Position numbers and translations under genes: made by a program. From Rhizodiscina lignyota (lineage: Eukaryota), in NCBI GenBank assembly GCA_010015805.1, contig ML978123.1:2480001-2544000 (forward strand): DNA of 64,000 bases, written 5' to 3'. Shown here piece after piece: positions 38,302 through 50,582 of the stretch. Position 1 is the stretch's first letter, and each line of letters starts with the position of its first letter. Below the pieces are notes generated by a model. The model made no database searches, was not told where the DNA came from, and saw nothing but the letters and a program-made list of their open reading frames with translations.

Positions 38302-41131
38302 ATGGATTTCCATCACCCATATCAGCCCTACGACATACAGCGCGATTTCATGACCGCACTGTACCAATGCCTTGAAGATGGCAAAGTCGGCATATTCGAA
38401 TCACCCACTGGAACCGGTAAATCACTAAGCCTAATTTGTGGCTCACTCACATGGCTGCGTGATCGCAAACGGAAGATGTTCGACGAAAGCATTGCACAAG
38501 AGCCTGGTGATGATGACGAGCCGGACTGGATGGTGGAGCACAATCGAAAAGAGAAGCGCCGAGAGGTCTTGCAAAGAAGAGAAGATCTGGAAAAGAGGCT
38601 TGTCAAGGTCCGAGCAAAGGAGGAGAGAGAGAAGTTGAAATTGCGCTTGCAGGATGGAAAACCGCCTGCAAAACGGATGGTATGCTCATATTGTATTACG
38701 AACCAGCCAGCCCAGCTGACATACACAGAAAGCCTCTGATGAGCGGCATAGTACGGATGCAGATGAAGAAGCGCAATTCGCGTTAGATGACTATGACAGC
38801 GACGATGATTCTCGTTCCCGGTCACGTAAAACTGATATGAATGATCTTAACCTTTCCGCTGAAACTCTGGCCCTGATGCAAAAGCTGGGAATGTTGCCTC
38901 GGAATAGAGTCGAAGAGGATGAATTAGATGACGAGGACGAGCTCAAGATCTTCTATTGTTCTCGAACGCATTCACAACTCACGCAATTCGCCAATGAACT
39001 GCGAAAAGTGAAATTACCGCCTGCTATTCCTCCCGAGGCACCGGACGAAAGTACTGGCGGAGCTATAACAAACGTCGAGGTTACAGAAGCTCTCAAACAC
39101 CTCACTCTAGGATCAAGAAAGAACTTATGCATCAACCCAAAGGTCCTCCGGCTGGGAAACGCAACTGCGATGAATGAACGGTGTTTAGAGCTGCAAGAGC
39201 AAAAGACCTCTCAGGAACACCGTTGCCCGTTCTTGCCAAACGCAGAGACAAAGCCAATAGCGAATGATTTTCGAGATCATGCCTTGGCTAAGATCCGGGA
39301 CATTGAAGAGCTTGGAGCGCTCGGAAAGAAACTTGAGATATGTCCTTACTACGCATCTCGAGACGCTATCAAACCATCAGAGGTGAGTGCAGTTGGCCAT
39401 TGAGATTCACAAATACTTACGGACGCAGATCGTAACTTTGCCGTATCCACTGTTGCTCCAGAAGTCTGCTCGCGAGGCGTTGGGCATCTCATTGAAAAAC
39501 CACATCGTCATCATTGACGAAGCCCATAATCTCATGGATGCCATCACGAGCATGTACTCTGTTACAATGTCTCTTTCTCAGCTTCAACTTGCTCGATCTC
39601 AAGTCATGATGTACCTTCAGAAGTTCCGAAACCGGCTAAAGGGCAAGAATCGAGTTTATGTCGCTCAGACGGTCCGGCTCATGGATTCAATCATCAGTTA
39701 TTTAAGTCCTTTGGTTTCTGCTCCGAAGGCCGCTGAAGGTTTGGCCAAAGTCACGGATCTGTTAGCCGGTAATGGTGTCGACCAAATCAATCTTTACAAA
39801 CTGTCAAGATATCTTCAAGAAAGCAAACTTGCGCGTAAAATTGATGGCTATATCGTGCACACCGAAAAGCAGAAGAGGCCACCAGAGAAAGGCACGACTA
39901 CTGCGAAGACGATTCCAACTCTCATGCATATCCAAGGATTTCTTCTTGCGCTTATGAATCCATCAGACGAAGGCCGATTCTTCTATTCAACCGCCCCGAA
40001 AGAGCAAAATGTCGAGTTGAGATATATGCTTCTTGATCCAACGCACCATTTTCGCGAGATTGTCGAGGAGGCAAGAGCTGTGGTTCTTGCAGGAGGGACC
40101 ATGTCACCAGTGAGTCAATGGATTATCGTTCATTTTAAACCTACTGATGACGTGAAACAGATGAACGACTATACGCAGCATTTGTTCCCATACCTGGACA
40201 ATTCTAGTATCATGACCTTGTCTTGTGGTCATGTCATTCCGCGCGTAAATCTGCTTGCTTGCCCAGTAACGACTACGGAGAGTGGTGCAGACTTTGACTT
40301 CACTTTTGAGAAACGAATGTCACATTCCATGGTAAAGCATAGTCCCTGCATTGATGGTGACAACTAACTAACAAGCTGAAGATCAACGACCTAGGCCACG
40401 CACTTCATACCTTTGTCCAAACCGTTCCCGACGGCGTCGTTATCTTCTTTCCAAGCTATGCTTATCTGGATCACTGCGTCAAATTATGGCAAACAAAACC
40501 AAATGCTTCTATGAAGTCATTATGGGAGCTACTTGGGAGTGCAAAGCCCATATTCCGCGAAGCACAGTCCCCTTCGTCCTCCACAGATCATCAGCAATCG
40601 CATGACATTTCGAAAGCACAATCAGCAGATTCTATCCTGGCAGCGTACTCGAACGCAATTGCGACCGGCAACGGTCGTGGTGCGCTCTTATTGGCGGTCA
40701 TAAATGGTACTCTATCTGAAGGCATCAACTTCAGCGACTCGCTTGGTCGCGGCGTTGCCGTTGTCGGTCTTCCATTTCCGAACCCGCATTCAGCAGAGTG
40801 GAAATCCAAGATGGAATTTGTCTCTCAAAAGGCTCAAGATGCAGCGGCTGTAGAATTGGGCATTGCCAAAGCAAAGGATAAAGGGAAAGAGGCTGCACGT
40901 GAGTTCTACACAAATGTTTGTATGCGAGCCGTCAACCAGGCCGTCGGAAGAGCGATACGGCATCGAGGCGACTACGCAGTAATACTGCTGCTAGATAGGA
41001 GGTATGGAACTTCTGCTATTCGAGGCAAGCTGCCTGGATGGATAAGAGGGAGTTTGAAGACTGGTATGGGAGTGAGAGAGGCGGCTGGTGAGATTGGGGG
41101 CTTCTTCCAGGACAAGGCGAAAAGCGGCTGA
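38302..41131 (+). CDS. CHL1: ATP-dependent DNA helicase Chl1/DDX11 (XPD family), multi-exon
   Basis: [33 protein letters not shown], Fe-S cysteines (LCIN, ERC, CPF, ICPYY), [37 protein letters not shown]. Confidence 0.97.
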
Positions 41132-41625
41132 AGTAGCATTCCGCACTGCTCATAAATGGCGCAAAAAATGGAACACTATGGCGCTAGAAGTAAATCTCCA
41201 CAATCATGATACGATTTGCGGTATTTCAGGAAGAAGCGAAATTATTCGATCGTAGGATCTTCAGCTTCAAACTTAGCCGCGGGAAGGGCGGGTGATCACC
41301 ACGACCCGCGTTTCGGCAGCAAAGTGATGCCACACGAGCCAATCGATCACACCCGGCGCTCGAATGACGTGTTTCAGGCATGAGGTCTCACGGAATGCTT
41401 TCACTGGTTGATTGAAGGGCAAGGAATGTTGTACACCTGAGCTTGCTCCTCATAAGCTCAGCTCACCCCAGTCGCGCTTGCTCAAGCTTAAGATAAAGTC
41501 GCGAGACAATCTCACAAGTCCAACTCCAACCTCTCCTCAAAGCGTTTCTTCAGTCGATCTAGAGCTTCTTCACTCGTCCTGAATACCTCCTCAACTTTTT
41601 TCCCTTAACAAATCTAGTAAAGAGA

Positions 41626-42495
41626 ATGGATTTCATCAAAGAAGCAGTCTCATCCTACACCCACTCTGGCCAACACTCCCAGTCCAACCCCCCGCCTCAG
41701 CCACCTCCGCCATGGGTTGCAGAGTGGGACAGGCGCGAGGAGCGCTGGATCTTCATCAACGAGCAGACCGGCGAGCGAACTAATCAGTTCCCGCAACAGC
41801 AGTACGGTGGCGGTGGAGGATACGGTGGCCAGTATCAAGGCGGAGGTGGTGGTGGTGGCTATGGCGGCCAGTATCAAGGCGGAGGCGGGGGCTACGGAGG
41901 CGGAGAGTATCGCGGAGAATATCAGCAGGAACAGCCCAAGAAGAGCGGCGGCCACGGCCTTATGTACGGCGCGATGGGTGCAGCGGCAGGTCTGGCTGGT
42001 GGAGCGCTGCTGATGCACGAGGGCGAGGAAGTCAGTAAGTATCCCTGCCTGATAGCTTTCAAATTCTCGGTTGCTCCGCACGATCACTGTCACTAACACC
42101 GTAACGCAGAGGACGACTGGGAGCGCGATAAGTACCGCATGGAGGGCGACGAATACCGTGCCGAGCAGGATGTCGAGAACTTCCCTGACAATGCAGCGCG
42201 CTGGACTGGAGAGAAGGTGCAAGACGTTGAGAACATCCCCGGCGACGTGGACCGCTGGGGCGACCGCCAGGAGCAGCGCGTCGAGAATGACTGGGACCAC
42301 GGCGTGCAGGACGTTGAGGACTTCCCCGAGAACGCGGCGCGCTGGACTGGAGAGAAGGTGCAGGATGTTGAGGACATTCCTGGCGATATTGCGGGTGCGG
42401 TCGAACGGCCATTTGAGGATGTGGAGAGGTTTGACAATCGTATGGACAATGCGTACGATCAGGGCCAGGCAGAGGGGAGGCGTGATGATTGGTAG
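41626..42495 (+). CDS. WW-domain protein with a Gly/Tyr/Gln-rich linker and acidic tandem repeats, 2 exons
   Basis: PPPWVAEWDRREERWIFINEQTGERTNQFP (WW-like), GGGGYGGQYQ repeats, an intron at about 42035-42108, and a duplicated QDVE[ND]FP[DE]NAARWTGEKVQDVE[ND]IPGD. Confidence 0.85.
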
Positions 42496-42988
42496 GCGGT
42501 ACGAATTCGACACAATTACGACGGGATGAATGATGAGTGAACTTCTGGCGGAATCGGCCTGAGAAAATGGGGTACTGATGGGTAGGTCATTAAGTAGATT
42601 CTCCCCCGGAGCGAGACGGTGGAAGGTATAGGACGATTAGTCATGATATGGCATAGAGCCTTGAAATGCTTAACCTATGAGTACGAATCTAGAACAGTGC
42701 CACTGCTCAGAACTCTGGTTAATGGACAAAAGAAAGGCATCTGCACAGTAAGGAAATTCGTCACGGTTCGAGAAAACCGCAGGCAAATGCTGTAACCAAC
42801 GCCATCTCCATGTGTGATTCCAGCTTGACCACAATGCTGATGCTCCCACGCTGCTCAAACTCGACGGTTGAGCCCCATAGCACACTTATAGGATGCAACT
42901 CCGCAGCCCAGTTCTTATACACCGAAACAATCAAACGTATCCTTTCGTGCCTCTTTAATCCGTCCCGCCGATTCTGTTATCGTATGTT

Positions 42989-43299
42989 TCACGCCCTGTA
43001 GCTCTCCCGTCTTCCCAATCCTAGTGGACGTATCTTGATGCTTGACCACTTGCTGTCTGAACTCCGTGATGACACCGGCGATGCACTCACACCACCATAT
43101 ACGTATTCACCGTCAACGTATTGCGCGTCGCTTATCCATGTCGTACGCTTCATCCGTTGGCGTGTGTATCGTTTCTCGAGACGCGATATTTCGAGTTCTG
43201 TTTCAATGGCAGTTAGCGTCTTGATTCGTTTCTTCGCGCAATTGGGTATTGCGCGAGCGCAGGAGACGTACTGGCTTGTATCTTTTCTAATAGACCCAT
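42989..43299 (-). CDS. Small (78 aa) spliced hypothetical protein missing from the ORF track
   Basis: Exon 1 43299-43272, intron GTACGT...GCTAAC...CAG 43271-43198, exon 2 43197-42989; 237 nt in total. Protein: MGLLEKIQAKLEISRLEKRYTRQRMKRTTWISDAQYVDGEYVYGGVSASPVSSRSSDSKWSSIKIRPLGLGRRESYRA. Confidence 0.8.
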
Positions 43300-43548
43300 G
43301 CTGTCTAATTGAACAAAGGAAATGACTGTCGTGTGCCTTTCTCGCGATGATCTGGTCGAGATCCGCTCTGTAGCCTCCGGATCGTCTGGTGGATTATGCT
43401 GATCCGGGCAAAGGTCCGGTGCCGGAGGGTCGAGTCGAAGCGTAACCCTCCACGAAAGTCGAATTGAAGGCCAATCGATCGGGATATTGATATCGTTTAT
43501 GTCAGGTACTTCCCCAAGAAGCCGAAAAGTAAGAAGATCTCAAAGTAA

Positions 43549-43564
43549 AGAGAGAGAGAGAGAG
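43549..43564. repeat. (AG)8 microsatellite
   Basis: agagagagagagagag read directly. Confidence 0.8.
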
Positions 43565-44940
43565 TTAATATGGAGAATACGAAAGCATGCCGTGAACCCG
43601 CCGGGAAGGAAACGGAGGCTCTCTACAAAGTTAATCTTACCCACCGCAAACAAACGACGCTGCCCCAGGTGCGGAGATTACACTACTGGCCGCCTCTTCA
43701 GCAGTGGCTTATCCAATACCACCATAGCGTGCCTGAACCCGTTAGTCACTTGCAGATAGGCGTTTGGCCCGTTTCCTTAAAGTTGTTTAGTCTTCCGGGG
43801 CCATCTGCACAGAACATGTTGTCGCGGCTGAAGTGCTGCAGGGAGAGGCTAGGCCCTGGCTGTAATTTTTCCATTCGCCTGGCTTGCCCCGGTTGAGGGC
43901 TTCGATACCTTATCCGGGGCGAACGCCCGTGTCAGGTTGACAGGAACTGTATCGGAATCTGCACGTCAGGCCGTCGAAATGGCGCTGCCAACCAAGCCTG
44001 CAGCATGGTGCGGCCACGAGGCTGGGAGCGAGTCGTCGATACGAAATAGCCTGAACTGCTTGAAGTTTTCTTTTACGTACGGCTCGCCAGGCTCGGAACA
44101 GCACGGGAACTCGGGAGAGAGTATGTTCGTTAGGAGATGCAGACAATTGAAGCGTAAGCAAACCAATAAGCAGCATGCCGTTAATAGTCAGTGCAAAGAC
44201 ATGGTAGAAGAGAAACGGTTGATGCCGTTGATGCCGTTGATGGTGGCCGCCTTGCTCGAGCACTGACTGTTCCGCTCATAGTTTGGAGGTGGCTTGCAAA
44301 TTGCTGGGGCGGGACAAACGACTAACGACGCCATGACAGGGCCATTCCAACAACTCGGTGCTTGGCACAATAATCGAAGCTGATGATCCCGGTGGGTGGC
44401 ATAATGGAACTGGACTGATCGGGAAATGCATCATTTCGGTCATATAAATTTTTAGATCTGAGCAGAGTCCTCTCTGGGATCATTGTGGGGGACTGAGATA
44501 GACTCGTCCATCATGTGAACCGTGAGCTGCCAGGAGACCTGAATTTCGCAGTGCGAAGAGTCTCGAATCTTTCCGCACCCGGAGGATTTGTTGCGAATTT
44601 GGATAGGAGAATAAGGCAGTCAACTTTTCTGGCAGTCGCCCTGGTGATAATTGCGCACATATTATTAAACTGTTCAAGTTCTGTTGAACGTCAAAAACGC
44701 AGTTGTACGGCCGTTATTATCATTTTGCAAATTCCTCCCGCAATCCCGTGTCGAGGCGTTCTCTACATTAATGAGCCCAATTTCGTGCCGTCTATTCATA
44801 ATTTCGTGAGGTCGTGATATCAAGCCATGTCGTCATACCTATTTCGTATCATCATGAGCATTTTGGAGAGGGAATCGACCGCCCAAATGAAATGTTTCAT
44901 ATCTCGTGGTGAAGTTGTTGCATAGTTCCATTCACGCCTC

Positions 44941-46470
44941 TCAACCCTGGTTTAACAAGCCCACGCTGGCCTCCTTTTCAAGGCTCAATTTCATATCCAA
45001 CCAACTGTAGAAATTCGGGCTGTTACAGAATGCCTCATACATGCCATCTCTGGCTTTATGCCGCTGGAGAGGATTTTGGCCACGAAACTTGACGCTCGTT
45101 CCATGCTTCGCTAGACTTTGAAGGAAATCTGCAGTCGAAAAGTTGGCGTACGAGAGATTCTTGCCACCGGGAGAGAAGGGATTGGTTGCCATATTTGTGG
45201 CGAGATATCGATTTAGGGGCGCGAGAAATTGTGCAGTAAGTTCTGCAAAATGCCGTCTAACGAGAGTATTGGCATCCTCAGAGCCGATCTGTTGATATCT
45301 GTCTGTGAGAATTTGGTCGAGGGTCTTGGTTAGGCCATGATCGCTCTTCAGATACTTCTTTGAAGAGTTCTCCTTGTCAATCGTCATTGCTCCAGGGAAG
45401 TCCATAGCAGTTTGCCTTTTCTGTCGTTGTGAGGAGGATTTTTTGATAGGTATACGATCGTCGTTCTCGTGCAAATACAGTACATGTGGAGCAGGACGTT
45501 TGCTTGTTTCCGCTGCCGAGGTGATTCGTTGCAGCAGAAAAGGATTGGTGATGCCAATGCAAAAATGGCTTGCAACAGTCTGGTCGAGTCCCAAACTTGA
45601 GAAATCTGATTGCATGATCAGATATGGACGGACAAGACCTGCATACGGAACCGGCCGGACTAGATCAACGCATGCAGAGACGCATTCGCTGCATATTTGA
45701 GGGTTCTTGGCAATGACAATGACGGATTCGCAGAGCAGGAGCTTCTCGTAGATGACGTAGAGATCAACAATGGACGGTAAGAGGCAGAGAAGCCTATTCC
45801 AGGATCCGATAGGCTGGTAGGCGTACAATGACATTCGTGAGAGCTCTCCATCACTCGGAGGGCCCTCAAGACCTTGTAGTGGAAACGCGGGATGTGGTGG
45901 GATCTCCAAAACCATGAGAGATCCCATGAAAGGTAGCTCATGACGGCCACCTGAAGGAGGTTGCCATGCTGCAATCTGATCATGGACTGCTTCGAGCATG
46001 GAAGGATCAAGGATGTTTCCGGTGACTGTCATCTTCTGCAGGAGTTTCAGGAAGAAGGCGGAGAATGGCTGATTTGATATCAGCGTAAGAGCTTTTTGGT
46101 TGAAGCTCCGCTTGGTCATCCGATCGTATTCCTGTCGAAAGACGCAATGTCCGAAGAATTCCGTTGGACTTCCATGAGGCGCATAAGGAGAGCCCAGACT
46201 GATGTCTGGGGAGTTGTTGCGGACTGTAAATTTGAAGAAAGCATCTTCGGTGATTTCAGAATCATGTCTTTCAGGAAAGCTATTGAAACATATTGCCATC
46301 AAGTCCGAATGAGAAAACTCAACATCCGGAGGGTAGACAAGCTCGACTTCAGGGCCGATATCGACGTTGAAGTTGCAGACGACGAAGGCGATTATCCAAT
46401 GCCGAAATGAAGTATCTTTCTTGACAGCCTTGGGCCGGCCAGGGTGAATGATGTGCTTGAGTTTCTCCAT
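44941..46470 (-). CDS. DENN-domain protein (DENND6/FAM116-like putative Rab GEF), intronless
   Basis: CNFNVDIGPEVELVYP..ICFNSFPE, FRQEYD..KRSFNQKAL, LLLCESVIV, RPY, IGITNPF, RRHFAELTAQFLAPL, F..SPNFYSWL. Confidence 0.85.
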   Translation of the reverse strand: MEKLKHIIHPGRPKAVKKDTSFRHWIIAFVVCNFNVDIGPEVELVYPPDVEFSHSDLMAICFNSFPERHDSEITEDAFFKFTVRNNSPDISLGSPYAPHGSPTEFFGHCVFRQEYDRMTKRSFNQKALTLISNQPFSAFFLKLLQKMTVTGNILDPSMLEAVHDQIAAWQPPSGGRHELPFMGSLMVLEIPPHPAFPLQGLEGPPSDGELSRMSLYAYQPIGSWNRLLCLLPSIVDLYVIYEKLLLCESVIVIAKNPQICSECVSACVDLVRPVPYAGLVRPYLIMQSDFSSLGLDQTVASHFCIGITNPFLLQRITSAAETSKRPAPHVLYLHENDDRIPIKKSSSQRQKRQTAMDFPGAMTIDKENSSKKYLKSDHGLTKTLDQILTDRYQQIGSEDANTLVRRHFAELTAQFLAPLNRYLATNMATNPFSPGGKNLSYANFSTADFLQSLAKHGTSVKFRGQNPLQRHKARDGMYEAFCNSPNFYSWLDMKLSLEKEASVGLLNQG

Positions 46471-46923
46471 ATCATGGCGCCACGGCGGGAGGGGGATCCG
46501 AAACTTCTGATTCGACTATCGTCTTTACTCGTGCCACCATTATGTCGGCCCCAGAGAGGGCAATGGCAATTGTGGATGGATCTCATCAGCAGTTGTGGCT
46601 TTTTGTGGGAGAGCCAGCGCATCGCAGGCCCCTGTCGTTGTCGCATGCCGCAGCCCTATGACGCTCACCAGTCACGGCATGTTCCGAAGGAGCACATCTG
46701 CAGCCTCGACACCGCTGCCTTTGTGGGGAGCAGCCTTGCAGCTTTGTACGCGTATCACACGCGTTCACACTCTCGCGAGACTCTCTACCCAATTCACTCG
46801 CTCTACAGCACTTCGGCTATTGGCAACACGCGCGTCAATTGCTCCACCATGCCCTCTAGTTGATGTGCGGGGCGAGTATAGCGGGACCATGCTTGGTGAC
46901 CGTTGCTGGTGAACGAAGTGAAG

Positions 46924-49900
46924 ATGGACCCCAGCATTCAGAAAGCGCTGAATGACAAGCTATATGACAAGAGAAAAGGCGGCGCTCTCGAGTATGTTTT
47001 GGATTTTTCTAACAGAAAGCTAAACCTGCTGTAAACAAGAATTTCTTGCAGAGCGCTAATACATCTACAAATTCATAGGCTAGAAGCACTGGTTCGCGAA
47101 TCCATCAACAATGGAGACCACGAAAAAATCGAGAAAATCATCCATCAACTGTGCCACGACTATGCCTATGCTGTACACCAACAGCATGCCAGAAATGGTG
47201 GCCTCATCGGCCTGGCGGCCGCCTCGATAGCACTCGGTTCCGTACGCTTATCATCCAAACCCCTATCTATCGAAACATACTTATATTAGAGTAGGAAGTT
47301 GCGAGATACCTAGAAGAGATCGTGCCTCCGGTCCTGGCTTGCTTCAACGACCAAGATGCTCGCGTGCGTTACTATGCATGTGAGAGCATGTACAACATTG
47401 CGAAGGTGGCAAAAGGAGAGATATTGGTCTATTTCAACGAGGTTTTTGATGCCTTGTGCAAGGTACGGATAGGAAGGGAAATATGTGAGCAGCGCTAATG
47501 GGCAAACAGCTGGCAGCAGACTCAGAGATGTCCGTCAAGAACGGTGCAGAACTTCTGGACCGCTTAGTGAAAGACATTGTCTCGGAATCAGCGGCTTCCT
47601 ACGTTTCGGTCCTACGCACGCCTGAAGAAAGCATTGTTTCCCCCAATGGTGACGACGATACCGCAGTACCCCCTGACATCCCGACCGCCTTTTCATTACC
47701 GAAATTTATACCACTTCTTCAGGAGCGCATCAATGTAATCAATCCCTTCACGAGAACATTTTTAGTCTCTTGGATTACTCTCCTCGACTCGATACCCGAC
47801 CTTGAACTCGTATCACATTTACCATCATTTCTTGGTGGGTTATTCAAGTTCCTTAGCGACCCGAACCAGGACGTCCATACTCAGACACAAGCTGCGTTGG
47901 AGAGATTTCTTGCAGAAGTCAAGAAAATAGCGCGGATTAAGCGTGGCATAGCAGAGAGCAAGAAGAGCCAATTGGGCGATGTCAAACGTTCAGACTCAAG
48001 CATCAAGAGCGGGAGAAGCCCAGCCAGCGATGCAAGTTCCGCAAGCGATGTTGAGAGCACTCGCGTTCAGGGAGATGGGCTTGATAAAGATCGTGGCTCT
48101 GACGCTGTGGAGTCTGGCAGTGATAGTGATACTGAACAAGACTCTGGAACCGTGGATGGCGATTGGATACCCGGGCAAGACGTCGAGGTTGATCACACAA
48201 AGATCCTAGACATACTCTTATTATTTTTAACAAACTCCCATGGTAAGTCAAAGGCCTTCATGACCTTACTTTCACTGATCTAGCGTATGCAGACGAGGAG
48301 GTACAATTGACCACTCTGCGATGGATTGACAGTTTCTTTGAAATCAGTCCGGAAGACATGCTTCAATTCGTCCCAAGATTACTCTCTCAGGTCCTTCCCG
48401 CCGTATCAAGCGACATGGAGCCGGTCCGTTCCGCTGCCAACCGGGTCAACGCTTCGTTAAAAGATTACATCGATTCCACTGTCGAAGATGAGGTACCAAG
48501 ACAAGAGAGCTTTCTCACACCAGCTGCAGCCGCTCAGCCGCCTCCAGTGCCACCAAAGGACCTAGTTGGTTTAGACCGTCGAGAATCGGCAATCTCTCAA
48601 AAAGCTCTGAAAGTCCCTGGCCGCGAATCAATGGAGACGAGATCAATGGAAAGCAAGCAATCTCTTGCATCTTCGAGAGTGCCTTCGCCAAAACCTGGTC
48701 CTGAGCTGGACTATGAAGGTTGCGTGAACGCATTGACATTACAGTTCTTAAATGAGCATGTCGATACTCGGGTAGCTGCATTGGGATGGCTCATCATGCT
48801 GCATCATAAGGCACCTCGAAAGGTACGCTCACTCCTTTTCCCTCTTATTCTGAAATTTGACGTGCCATATCAGATGCAATCGATAAACGATGGGACTTTC
48901 CCTGCCCTTCTCAAGACATTGTCTGACCCGGCGGAGGCGGTTGTTACTCGCGACCTTCAACTGCTGTCTGAAATTTCTCGAAATAGCGATGATTCATTCT
49001 TCACCTCGTTCATGGTGAATTTGCTGAAGCTGTTTGCAACAGATCGACGCCTCCTAGGCACTCGAGGGAACTTGATTATCCGACAGCTTTGCAATACGCT
49101 CAGCGCTGAACGTATTTACCGCACTCTAGCCGACTGCCTGGAGAAGGATGAGGATATTGAATTTGCAAGCATAATGGTTCAGAATCTGAACAACAACCTC
49201 ATTACTGCCCCCGAACTAGCCGATCTGCGAAAGCGTCTCCGTAATCTGGAGGCCAAAGATGGACGAACCTTCTTCCAGATGCTCTTCCGCGCTTGGTGTC
49301 ACAACTCTGTTGCAACGTTTTCATTGTGCCTGCTTGCGCAAGCTTACGAGCAAGCATATCACTTGCTTCAGATCTTCGCGGATCTTGAAATGACAGTGGA
49401 CATGCTGATCCAAATCGACAAGCTTGTGCAGCTGCTTGAGAGTCCTGTCTTCACTTATCTCCGGCTGCAACTTCTCGAGCCAGACCGCTTCCCGTTCCTG
49501 TACAAGTGTCTTTATGGCCTATTGATGCTTCTACCCCAGAGCAGTGCATTTGCTGCATTGAAGAACCGTCTCAATAGCGTCAGTGCAATTGGCTACTTGC
49601 ATGGTGCTCCGCGGACTGCACCCACTACGCCAGCAGTATCATCGTTCGAGCGCACGAATAGGCTGAAGGCCAGGGAAGAAGACCAGATCAAGTGGATGGA
49701 ACTCCTCGACAAATTCAAAGCCGTGCAGGAGCGGGCCAGGCGGTACCAGCGTGGTCAGAATCACTTGAGTGATGAGACCATGGCCAGCAGTGACAGAACC
49801 TCATTTACTCTCACAGCGCCTGTGCAGAAGACCATATCGATGCTGGAAGGGGCTGGTGTCGCAAATGGCTCTGGCAGGGCTGCAAGGCCAGTGACAGGAC

Positions 49901-50040
49901 AGACATTGGGAAGGCTACCGCCTGCGCAACAAACTACTCAGACACAGCAAGTTGCTGGCACACATTCAAGGGCGAGGAGTAGTTTGAGCCATCTGGGAAG
50001 GGTGGTGGGTGGAGTTGGTGGAAGGAAGTCGAAGCGATGA
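46924..50040 (+). CDS. VAC14: PI(3,5)P2 regulatory scaffold Vac14, multi-exon
   Basis: [94 protein letters not shown]. Confidence 0.97.
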
Positions 50041-50582
50041 CATTTTGGAGGTGCCGTAATGCCTTCTTACTCTCGGTTGAGATGATTAGCAAAGTCGTAA
50101 TGACTCTTCATAATCATGTAGATATACACATGGGCGGTCTGAATTGGGCTTCCTGGGTAGCGGGCTACTAATATCAATATATGATGATGGAAGGATCACA
50201 AATAACATGATAAATGGCGTCTGTGATGTTTCTCCATGCTGTCTGGCTGCTAGCGATTGGTCTCAGCGAGACTGCTATTGGATTATGTGCGACTTGGTAT
50301 TTTTGCCACTAAAGCTGTCCGGTTTTTGTGGTATGACACGTGCTAGCATACGTCAAGACTCTGAAAAAACTCTGCCTACAACGTGACGGCCATTCAAGTA
50401 ATACCATCTATAAAGGCGTCTACAACTATTAAATGAGCACTTTCATCACTTGGACCCTTCTCAAGCAGTTTGTTCAAGGCCATCTTTCAAATCCATGAGG
50501 ACCATCCGCTTCTTCCAACCTTATCTGCCTCCTTAGAAAAACAAACTTTAGTCGAATCTTACAAGCTTTGAATCCATCTAAT

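Noticed and set aside
41650..42513. 287-aa minus-strand ORF
   Set aside because: Antisense shadow of the GC-rich WW-repeat gene.
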